Source: Monocercomonoides exilis PA203 (Eukaryota; Protista; Preaxostyla). From it: a stretch of DNA of 53,346 bases. The notes below the pieces were generated by a model that was given only the letters and a program-made list of their open reading frames with translations, made no database searches and was not told the DNA's origin. The stretch covers positions 1 through 53,346 of the forward strand of contig LSRY02000080.1 of assembly GCA_001643675.2 (NCBI GenBank), given 5' to 3'. A program made the translations under genes and the position numbers. Positions 22,902 to 34,500 of the stretch are shown one piece after another; within the stretch, counting starts at the first letter, position 1; the number at the start of each line of letters is the position of its first letter.

Positions 22902-24260
22902 ATGGAACATGATTCATAAAGCAAAATATTCTGTCCCACTTCATATCTTCACCGAAGAGGGAAGATGTTGAACAATTTTAAAAAATGTTAAAGTTCAGAC
23001 ATTTGAAAAATTTGACGTGCATAAAATGACCATGAATCAAGAATAATTAACAGGATTTTCCACAAATCCAAAAACAAGACAAATACTGGTGTCGTTGGAC
23101 TAAATGAGATACGGAAGCTTCGAATTGACGCCCAAGAAACTGCACATGCATCTTTTATATCTATTGTTAACATAACTTCTGATCGTCCCTCTTGTCTAAA
23201 ATTTACTCGACTTTACAAAAAAGATCCAATTGAAGCGGAATTGAAAGCGAGCGATCAGTCAAATGATGAACATCAAAAGGGCAGTTCTAAAGAATTATTT
23301 TCTTTGTTTCTGGATGAAGTAAGTTGAGATGATTATATATTTTACTCCACATTTGCAGTGATATCGTCGAATATTACAAGATATCCCGTGGCACTGGATT
23401 TGTTGTTTCACACAATTTGTGTTAAAAATGCTCTTACGAAAATGGAAAGCATAGCCCACGTTTTGATGCGGACATATCAATTTTGAGATTTGCTTACTGC
23501 TTTTTGAAATCAACTCAATATGCTGAAGAGGTGAAAAGCTCAAAAGATAAAGTTCAATTTGGCGGTTCATAACACTGGGTTACATCGGAGCTGATGAGCA
23601 TATAATAACTTCCAGAATGCAGAGCAGTCCTCCTCCAAAGGCAAAAACAACGAAGTATTTCATCATCCGCTTCTTCAACAGCTTCTGTAAGCCTTCCTCG
23701 TCCGATACTTATTGGAAATTTGATTCCTTTTATAAGGCATATTGACTTAATGCGTCGCGGAGGAATTATGGGCACCATACGCAACTGTCTGGTGGAAGGA
23801 AGCGAACTTTTAAGATTACTTGGCCCCTCTTTAAATTCATCGGCAAGTTCATCAACTTCTTTTCCAACAGAAACATCGACAGAAAAAGCCGAGCACCCTG
23901 GTTTTGATCTGATAGCTTCGCTTCTCCAGACGATGCTGATGAAGATGGAGAATATTGGCCAGGCGAGCTTGCTGAATTACCTGACATTTTGTCTCAGAGA
24001 CTGCCTCGCAACACCGCAAAAGAGAAGATGAGAAAAATAGCACAACAGCTTACTTCATCTTCAGATGGCACTGAAGATAAAGGCAGTGCAGAATACAAAG
24101 AGCATCAGAGGGAAGCGGAAAGCGATGGGACGGGTTCGATTGGATATGCGGGCAAAAATCATTGTGGACAGAGTAGCAAAGAGGAAGATGATGACATGTT
24201 CTACACAAATCGTGGTGCATACGCGCTATATGGATGAGATCAAGATTCTAAAAAGTATTT
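22902..24260 (+). pseudogene. HGH1: HGH1 (FAM203) eEF2-chaperone-like pseudogene
   Basis: LIPFIRHIDLMRRGGIMGTIRNCL matches the HGH1 RRGG..TI.NC motif. Upstream fragments SFISIVNITSD and HWVTSELMSI**LPECRAVLL also fit. Several in-frame stops and frameshifts; boundaries approximate. Confidence 0.62.
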
Positions 24261-25286
24261 CAGTGAAATGTCCATCAACGTCACTCCATCTTTTTCCAAT
24301 TCCTCTTAATATATGCTTCAACAAAACAGCTATTTCCCTTTAATTTGTAGTCGAATATCCCATCTTGTCTTTTTTCCTCTTTTCTCTCTCTTCTTTTATT
24401 TCGTTCAAAATCTCCACTTCATATTTTTCTTAGGAAAATGTTTTTCATCATTATCATCACTCAAAAAAATGAACTTTTTTATTTTCATCCAGTTTTCCGC
24501 ATCCAGAGGTTTTCTATTCCAACTAAAACCACTTTTCATTTTATTTCAAAAAATTGCATATTGAATTAAAAATCATAAATAAAATTATTCATTAAAACAT
24601 CCTCATATTATTATGCACTCTATTTGAAAGCAAACAATTGGCTTGATTCCTCGCTGTTGTGCTCTATGAGATTAAACTAACCAAAAAAAATTGTCTAAAC
24701 TCATAGTCTTGGAGAGGCAACAGACAGAAATATCTTTACAATCAATAGAACAATGTAAATAACACACATTTTGTCTTTTTGTGTTATTGATGAAATTGTT
24801 ATATTCCATCTGGCCATCCAATCTCCAAAATTATCAAATAAAATTTCAAAAATATTGCATAACCACCATAGTTTGTTATCTCCACAGGAAATAATATTTC
24901 TAGTTCTAAAGATAATGTTCACTCAAGGAATCTCAATCGGTGCTTGAATATTCAATTTCAAAGAAAACAATTCGATCAATGAATCCATTACAAATAAAGA
25001 CACATTATAAAGCATTGCTTTCTCCATTATCTTTTGATAAAAATGTCAATAAAAGAAAAAACAGTGTGAATGAATATATTTTTATATCTTGTTTGGTTTC
25101 CTTTTTCCATCTAATTCTTCTACAAAATATATATTCAAAATCAATTTTTATGGCTTAATGGTGTTGTTTTCTGAATGCAATGTTTATGAAAATGCAGGAG
25201 GCGAACAACACAAAAAATTCTCTGGTGTGCAATTGCAGTTGCAAACGAATTCATGTTAATGTGATCATTTCAAATTTTATAAAGAA

Positions 25287-26600
25287 TTGTTTTCTGAACT
25301 AGAATGTTGCAATAAGGAAGAGCAGAAATGGAAAATTGAAGAAATTAATGAAATGATGGAAGATATGGACAAAGAGGAAATTAACTTTGTTTTAACCAAA
25401 AAATTGTTCGATAAAATGAACAATATGATTGAAGAAAAGAAATTGTCTGTTGAAAATGCTATTTTGTTGCTAAAGCACATGGGATATTTTAATGTGTTGA
25501 AAGGTACATTTAATTTCGATTTTTATCGTTCTATATTGAACAAAAGATTTGAGAAAATGCTTGTTGATGAAAATAAGAAAAATGAAGAAAAGAACGAAAA
25601 GCTACTGGCAGATTTTTGCGAATGCTATCTTTTGCTTAACGAAGGAATTTCTTCAAAAACGCTTTCAATCAGTGTGCCTTGTCTTCTGAAAGTTGGATTA
25701 AAGAAAGAGGAAAGCGAAGAAGCTCAAAAAGAAGTGGAAATGGCGTTGCTTGCTTTAAGTAATATTAACTTATCATGGGTAAGGAATTGTTTTTGTAGCT
25801 TTATTTTCATCATCAATTTTTTCTTTAGAATTATCAGAGAGTGACAAAAGAATTGTATTTCAGTGAGATTACAGAAATCATCGAATACCATCAGGAACAC
25901 AGAAATCTGACACGACTTGCCTATCAATCAGCTTGGAAGTTTTTGATTAACAGATTGGACAATGACAAAGGCTTGGAAGAAATAATTATAAATGAGCTGC
26001 ATTTTGTGGAAGAGGCTGCAAGAGAGTTGAAAGAATTGACAAGAAATGCGGATTGGATGAAAACAGAAGAGAAAGATGGAGGAAAAGATGCAAAAGAAGT
26101 ACATTTTCTCATTAAATGGTTCAATGTTATTTATAAATACTTATACTCCTGCAACTCGTGGAACAAAGGAAATGTTGGGTTAATATGCTGCGTTGTGAAC
26201 TTGTTTCGAACAGTGAAAGACGATTACAGAGAAATTAGTGTTTTATGCTCTGATTTCTTTGGAGATGCAATGAGAAGCAAATCTGTCAAAGTTGATGATT
26301 TGTTGAAAGGCGAAGCAATTGATCTATTTTGGAAAAATTATTCAATCAACATTGAATGACAAAATGACATATGTACACCTGCTACGCTTCATGAATGTTT
26401 CAAGGCAGTTGAAAGGGAAGGAGAATGATGAAAAGAGGAATCGAAAAGAAAGACCACAAAAAAGAAAGGAATTGGAAAAGATGGAAGAGGAAGGACATGA
26501 AGACATCATCACAAGCTTTCATGAAATAATAGATTTTCTCAACAGAAAATATCACCGTCAATTATCAACAAATATTTCTGATTATTTTGTATATGTTTGA
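25287..26600 (+). pseudogene. Lineage-specific expanded family protein, paralog 1 (intron 25779-25828; frameshift near 26330)
   Basis: Aligns with 29707-31062 (EEKNEKLL, QKEVEM.LLALSNI, YHQ.H.NLT.LAY..AWKFLI, K.EE.G..D.I.S, SD.FV) and shares its phase-0 intron position. Start uncertain; the frameshift may be a sequencing error. Confidence 0.7.
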
Positions 26601-26693
26601 GACAACGAAGCTCATTATTTATTTTCACTCTGAAATTATAATTTTACCCTATCATTTCACAATTTACAATCAAAATTTGTTGAACATTTTTCT

Positions 26694-26740
26694 TTTGCTT
26701 CTTATTTTGCTTCTTATTTTGCTTCTTATTTTGCTTTTTA
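26694..26740. repeat. 12-bp tandem repeat (ttttgcttctta) x about 4
   Basis: Directly visible downstream of paralog 1. Confidence 0.85.
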
Positions 26741-27362
26741 TTTTTAATTTTATTTTATTTTATTTATTTATTTATGTTTTCATGAATGCTTTGAATGAAT
26801 AACCATTCTTTCATTGTGATAAAAGAATTTCCATTTTCATTTTTTGCACATGTATATTCTCGATTTCATTCAACCACAAAGGCACTTTGAATATTTGTAG
26901 CATTTACCATATCATTTTTATTTTAATGAAATATGAAAATCTCTCTTCCAAATACTTCAAAAGATTACAGTTTCATGAAACAAAAACTTGTCTATTTTAA
27001 TTTTAATTTTATTGTTCTGTTGAGTTTTGATATTTTCAATATTTCGACATCTAAAATAATAATAAATATGATTATCAAACATTTCAAATAAAAATTTCAC
27101 AAAATCAGAAAACAATTGATATCACGATGACAAAACCAGATAAAGTTATATATATTTAAGAATACATAAAAAAATAAAACAAAAGCCAAAAAGAGAACAA
27201 AATTTCATTGGCTACAATAACAATAAAAATGAAAATAAAAAATAAAAGAAAAGATAAAAGAAAGAAAGAAAACATTTCTTTGCCAACTTGAAAGAAATAA
27301 GATTGAACATGGAAAATACATGACTATAAACAAATTTCTATTATTTTTGGCCAAAGTTAACA

Positions 27363-29245
27363 TTACTCTAGTTTGCCGAGTGGAACAGGCTTGTTCAGTG
27401 GATCGTCTGACTTATGGGCCTTTTCAAACAATTGCTTTGCGAAAAACCTCATTTCATGTCTGAACTCCAGTGTGTCCAGATGAAGAGGATTAACACCATC
27501 AATCCCATACATGGCTCCATACCTTAAACGCAGGCATAATGCAATTTGAATAAATACAAAAGTGTTTTCATTGACATTTCACAGACATAAAGGAAAAAAA
27601 ATAGAAAAAGAAAAAATGAAAGAAAAGAGATGATGAAAATGCAAAACTCAAAATTGATTACATAAATTCAAAATAAAAATTGTTTTCATTGTTCCAACAA
27701 AAAAAAATGCAATAGCCTGAAATATATATCTCAACATACAATGAGCATGCAACACCAGCTGTTGAGTCGCTATCTCCAGAATGGACAGCTGAGTGCATAA
27801 GGAGTTCATTCCACATCTTCTCTGGAGGCTCGTGCATTGTGTGAAGCAAGCAATCATACGCTATAATAAGAATATCGTGTCCACTTGCTCCGCCTCTTCC
27901 ATTGAAGGATACAGACTTTAAGATAACAAAAGAAAAAATTAAAAAAAAAAAAATAGTTTTCAATAAAAATATGTGATCAATATTGCTAATGAAGAATTAC
28001 CTTGAAAAATATATCTCTTTCCTTCAATCCATACGATGTTGGAAAGACCGGCTCTTTTGTGTTGTCCTTCTCGTCTATTCCTCTCAAAGTGAGATACTTG
28101 TTCCAATTCTTCACAATCACACACGTCATTTTGAAAAGAAGATCAAATTATAATAAACTTCAAACTTCTTCGAAATATGCGAATGCTTCCAAATTGCGCT
28201 CTGGTTCGCGATCTTCCATTCCTTTGATATGTTCCTTGCAAAGTGGAATAACTTCATCCCTAAACTTTGCGCCCCATGCCACAAGAGGAATTTTCTGAAG
28301 TGCGTAACTAAGTTGAAAATAAAAGTCAATTGCAAATGATTGAAAATATTTGAAAAGAAGCAATATTTCCTGACCTTGTAAACGCAGCAACGCCAACACC
28401 TCCAAGATAGCCTGTGGGATGATGATGGGAAAGCCTTCCAGTTTCGATCGCTGTTATAATTAAATTCGGCAAAAGTTCTGGCGAAGGAAATCGTAGTCCA
28501 ATGCACATTGAGCGCATTGCTGCCCCGCAACCTCCACCAGAACCACTAAATGGAACAGTATTCCACGTATTAACATCCTGAATAATACACATCATTCATT
28601 ATTTTAAATAAATTTGCTCAAAATATTACACTAAAGTATATTTGAAACTTCAAACCTTATCTCCGTAAAGATCTTATTTTAGGAAAATTGAAACACATTT
28701 GTGTGTAAAGGTCAATATCATGTTAAAAAGAAAAAATTGTTGTAATATAATTTTCAAACATCTGCAGCATGTTCCTCCTGGAGCCCTCCCTGCCTGAACG
28801 TGATAACAAACCAAATTATGATTTATTTCATTCAAAATATTTATATTTTGTACCATTTTTTTCATTCCAAAGCAATAAGCTTGAAATACATTAATTATCA
28901 GTTGTTTCATTGTCGTAGCCGGTGCAAGCATTCCTTCTGCAGTTGCTATATGAAGAACTGTATCATCTATAAAATGATGAGAAACAAAAACAGAATACAA
29001 AATTGCAGAAAAAATGCAAATCATGCCCGAAACAATCCAAGGAGTTCCTTCCAGTTTAATCTGAAAATAAAAACATCACGAAGTTTTAAGCAATTAATAA
29101 TCCAAACCTTATCAATTCCTCCAAGCTCCTCAATTCCTTTCAAAATGTTATCCTGCGTATTAAACTCCCACTCTCCCAAATGATATCCCAAAGCATCTCC
29201 AGCTCCACCAAGCAGAAGACATCCAATATATTGTTCAACTGACAT
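27363..29245 (-). CDS. ADPRH: ADP-ribosylarginine hydrolase (ARH1-type), 10 exons
   Basis: [68 protein letters not shown] and YGAMYG. All exon joins are in frame, using one GC-AG intron and a 17-nt exon. Confidence 0.9.
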
Positions 29246-29706
29246 CAAAGTCTTTCTGAATATATGTCCCTAAAGTTTTTTGTTTTTAAGTTTACCATAA
29301 CAAAAATTGATTTTTGTATTTTTTTCATATTTTTTGAAGAAGTGGAATTGAAATAAAATCCTCATTTTATATTTCATAGAATAACTGCATTTGAGAATTT
29401 ATTATTCAGAAAATTTGAAAATTGTCACTTATCTGATTATTGAGGAAAAAAATTGGAAAAAAAAGAAAAATTGTGATTTCAGTTTTTTGAATAGCCAGAA
29501 ATAAATGTTGTATTATCTTTTAATAATTTTTGTTGAAAGAGGTCAAATGAAATATTTTGGAACTATTAACATGAATCATTTTTTCACAAGAAAATAATTT
29601 ATTTCTTATGGATAAACCATGATCGATATTTCATTGCGTGAGAAATTAGGCATTTAATCGAATAGGATGCAATTGACAAAATGTTTTGAAGGCTTGCATT
29701 AGGCAT

Positions 29707-31062
29707 ATGTTTTCAAAAATCGAAAGCGTTGTTTTGATTACACAAATATTAGATTTGTTCCATCAACTTGAACACTACAGTGGCAATGAGCAAAAACAGA
29801 AAATAATTGAAATTAATAAATTGATAAATGAAATGAGTGAAAGCGAACTGAATTCTGTAATCACGAAGAAAATGTTCGATGAAGTTGAAAAATTGATTAA
29901 AGAAACGAAATTATCATTGGAGAATATGTTTCTTCTATTAAAACAAATAGGATATTTGAAAATGTTGAAAATTGCATTTAATGAAAGTTTTGAATTTTCC
30001 TTATTAAGAAAAAGGCTTGTAAGCCTTATGATAGAAGAGGATAAAAGAAAAGAAGAAAAGAACGAAAAGCTTCTTATTGATCTTTGCCAATGCTTTCTTT
30101 TTCTTCATGATTGCTATTTCAGCTTACCAGAGATGCATCTTTTTATTTGTATGCGTTACTTGATGAAGGCTGCTTTGAACAAAAATGAAGATGAGGATAC
30201 ACAAAAAGAAGTAGAAATGTGTTTGCTGGCTTTGAGTAACATAAACCAAAATAAAGTTTGAATATTTCATAGCTGTTTTTAATATTTGTTGAGTGATTTA
30301 TTTGATTTTTAGATTGTTGAAAGAATATTATACCAAACTGACATACCAGAAATTATCATATATCATCAGCATCATCACAACCTCACTCAACTAGCCTATT
30401 ATGCAGCTTGGAAATTTTTAATCGATAGATTTTTAAATAACAAACAGCTTGAAGAAGTAATTGCTTATAAATTGCATTTTACAAGAGAAGCAAGAAAAGA
30501 ATTGGATGAGCTTGAGCGATGTGTGAGTTTGAAGAAAAAGGAAAATGAAAGAAGGAAAACGAAAGAAGAATACATCATTTGGAATTGGTACGAAATTTTA
30601 AATACTTACTTTTCTGAGAACAGTTTATGGGGAATAGAAAATGTTGATTTTTTTGCCCGCACCGCGAAACTGCTTGGAGAAACAACGAAAAGAGAAAAAT
30701 ATTTTCATTCTTACTATTTGTCAAAGCTATGTAGAATAATTGAAGAAGAAGAGGTTTCTCTTTGCGTAATTGTGCGTACCAAAGCTATAGAAGCCATGCT
30801 TGCGGAATGTTACCAAATTTCAAATCGCTTTTATGTTGTGAATCAATGTATTTTATCGTTTTTTTCGCTCGCAAACAGATTGAATGCTTCAAGAAGAAAA
30901 TGTACCGAAGAAATAGATTTAAAGATTATCAGAAAAGAAGCATGCGATAAGTTTGAAGAAGGGGGGTATTACGATACTATCATATCCTTAAGTAGAATAA
31001 TACTCAAAAGAGAAAAATATTCCACTCCAAAAAAACTATCAGATTTTTTTGTGTGCTGTTAA
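29707..31062 (+). CDS. Lineage-specific expanded family protein, paralog 2 (exons 29707-30255 and 30313-31062)
   Basis: GT-AG intron 30256-30312 joins ORFs 29686-30261 and 30472-31062 in frame. Similar to paralog 1. Confidence 0.78.
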
Positions 31063-31563
31063 GCGTTGAATTCATTTATCAACAATACAAAACCTGGAAC
31101 TGGAAAAATTTTCCTAATTCAATAATAATTTTTAATGTTGAAAATGAGCATGCAAAATTTGGAAATAAAATTTTTAGTGTTTATTATTTTGCCTTTCGAA
31201 CCAGTTTTTCGTACATGTGCATACAAAACTTTTATCCTACAAATAATTTCTTATCAAGCTTTAGTATGTGGCATTGCTTCAAATTTCTAATAATAATACA
31301 TTTTTTCGAAATAACTGAATTCATTTTTAAATAAGGGCTATGATTTCCTATAATTAGCATGAGTAAAAGTATTTTCGTTTATTCGCAAATATTGAAATAA
31401 TTGTGAAATAATCAATGATGCAGCTGACAAGTTGTGGAAAGCCAAACCTATCAAATATTGCTATCGTTTTTTTCATCCAACTTTTTCTTTTAATAATTAT
31501 TACAGAAGATTTGAATTTATTCTTTTCACATCCTGTTATTCTTACCCATTTTATTTTATTTTT

Positions 31564-34500
31564 ATGCCCAAACAAAATTTGCACCATGAAAAGAAAGGTA
31601 AAAGCTTTGTAGTGGATGAAGCAGCAATAATCAAATCACATATTAATCAAAAAAATTTAACTCAAAGACTTTATTCCCCTGTTAAGCCAAAAATTACCTC
31701 ACAACTTCCAATTCTTCATGAATTGAATTCTTCTAAAAGAAATGAACAAATTGGATTTGTATGCAATTGTTTTTAGTTATAACTATTTCAGGTAAATTCA
31801 CTTCTTTTAATTCATTGTGCTTTATGTTGTTTGTAATGAATACAATAAATAAAATATGATTTACTATTCTTTCATTTATCTTTTCAGCTCCCTCAATTGC
31901 CACCTTTGCAACCATTTAAAACAAAAGATAACTCCATGTTATTTTCTATTTCACATCAAAGAGGTATTATTCCTTTGAAGCAAAACAGCCCTCTTCGATC
32001 TTTAACTCAAGTGAAAACATCAACACAAAATGTGCCTTCAGCTACACCTTCCACGTTTCAAAAGCACTCATCAACTCCACCTCCATCACCAACATTAGAA
32101 CCTTCCATGAGACTTCCTCCCCTTGGCTCAAGTTCAAAACCTAAATCTGGCATGGCACGCCATTCTTTTGATGGCGTGACGCAACTTTACAAAAACTCAT
32201 CTCACAGGCGTTCAACTTCACCCTATTTACATTCAGTTGCACCACAATCAATTTCAAAGCGCACTTCATCCGGGACTGTCAATCTTGATCAATTCAAAAT
32301 GTCTCTTCCATCTTCTGTTCCAGAATCAAAAAGTGTGCTTCGTTTTCTTGCACATGCATGCACTCAACCAGATAGCACAGATTTTGTGTACTGTAGAATT
32401 GCAGGGGATGCATGTGACATGTTCAATCCTTATGATATGGAGATTATTTCGCACGAAGAGATTGACAAGCGCTCTTTCTTCACTGCATCTTCAACTGGAC
32501 TTACACATTACTACGACGATGATTCCGAACACACAAGTATTTCACAATGGCTGGCCGAACTGCGATTGTTTGAGACAGTGGTGCAGATTCCTCTGTTTCG
32601 TACATTTCGCACGTGGCGCTGCTTCTCTGCTTGGGAGTGCTATGCCAGGCGGCGGCGTGTGCTGCAGGCGCATCGCGAATTAGTCGAGACACACTTTTTG
32701 GCAAACAAGGCACTGCACAGTGCGCTGCTCGAAGTGAATTCTGCCTGCCTGGCATTCAGCCGCACGCAGATGTTCCACACAGATGATGCGGAAACATACA
32801 CCCTCGAGCACTTTTCGGAGGAAATGGCGCGGCAAAGTCAGAAGTTCAAGGCACTTTTGGACACTTTTTCCTCGCAGATTGAGCAGATTGTGCAGCGTGC
32901 CTGCAGAGAGGTGCTCTGCTCAAAAGGGTTCTTTGACAGTGCTGCCGAACTGTTAGGGCTGCAAAGCAAGAAAAGCGAGGCGGCTGATGCTGCTCAGGAC
33001 GATGACAACACAGATGGATTCAGCAGCGAGATGCACATGCTGCTTTCTTCGCCTCTCTCTCAAAAGCCGCCACCATCACGGCAGTCAGCAATCAGACTTG
33101 TTGTGTCTGGAGACCAGTCGCATTTCGATGCTACACCTGTTGCATCGCCCGATGCAGAAATCGTTTCCTCGCTTTCGTCGACTCCTCAGCCAGCTTCGTC
33201 TCTTCCTTCTTCGCCATCACTTCTCCCAGCATTCATGTCACCCTCATTTCAGATGAACACATCGCAGCACGACACATCAGCAGCCATATCACCGTTCCCT
33301 CCGTTTAGCCTATCAAACAAGACAGCAACCACATCCACTTCATCATCATCATCATCATCATCGAACTCTTCTTCTTCTTCTTTTCCCACTTCAGCTGGCA
33401 AGAGCGAGCCCATCAGCTACACAAAGATGGCAGCCAAGCGGTTGGAATATCGCCGTCTGGTGTGCTTCATCCGGGCAGTTGACTACATCGTCATGGACAC
33501 TCAACACAAGCTGATTGTGCAAGCAACATCTGAGCTGCTGGACACGCTTCACCGGCGGAGCAAGAGAAAAGCACCGGCAGACCCAGCCACTCCTGCGCTG
33601 GACGAAGTGAAGAACCAGCGGATTGCTCGCAGAGCACTGAGCAAGGCAGCAAGCACTGCTGCTATGAAGAAGAAGAAAAAGAAGAAGAAAAAGAAAAATA
33701 CAAACACAGGAAGAAAAGAGAAAAACTGGGCAGACAAGAGAATGCGAAGTGATGGTGGAGGATACAACAGCTCAATGGAGGAGAACAACGAGTTGATGGG
33801 ATGGAGGGGCAGAAACGGAGAGGAAGACAGAGAAAACGAAGAAACAAACTATGGAGGATATCGAAATAACGAAGAAGAATATGATAATGACAGAGAAGAT
33901 GAATATGAAGAAGACGATGAAGAGAACGAGGAAGTTAGAAGAAGAAGCAGAAGTACGAAAGAAGTTATTCTTGCACCGCTGTTTAAGACTGAGCTGCTAA
34001 TCGAAGATGGACGAATGAAATTGTCTCACAATGGAGATGACTTTGAACGGTGCATCAACCAACAGCTGGAAAGATTTGTGAAAGATGTTCTGGCAAACGA
34101 AAGATGCATTTTGAGTGGAACGTTCAAGTCGTACACAACACTCAGTGAAATTGGAGGAGGAGGAGGAGATGGAGACGGAGATGAAGAGGAAGACGTTGCA
34201 GACGATGGAGGAGATGAAGACGAAGGGGATGAAGTCGGGGAAAAATCAGAGGTGATCATCGGAGAGCGGTTGCAGCAGGACAAGCAATATCAGCAGCTGA
34301 AGGCGGAAATAGAAAATCAGCTTGTCAGCACATTCACCGCAGTGGTCAACCATGCCGCGAAGTTTAGGCCGTTTTTGAAGATGTACCAGAAGAACATTGA
34401 AATGGATGCAGATGCCATTGAAGCAAAGGATCCGCCGACGACATGGTATGCAGAGGCATTGGATGACCATGCTGCTCAGCTGGCTGATGCAGAAGCTCTT

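Noticed and set aside
1219-23610. Stop-codon reassignment as the explanation for in-frame stops
   Set aside because: The long dynein and XRN exons contain no internal TAA/TAG/TGA, and genes end in TAA or TGA. Stops occur only in regions that also have frameshifts.
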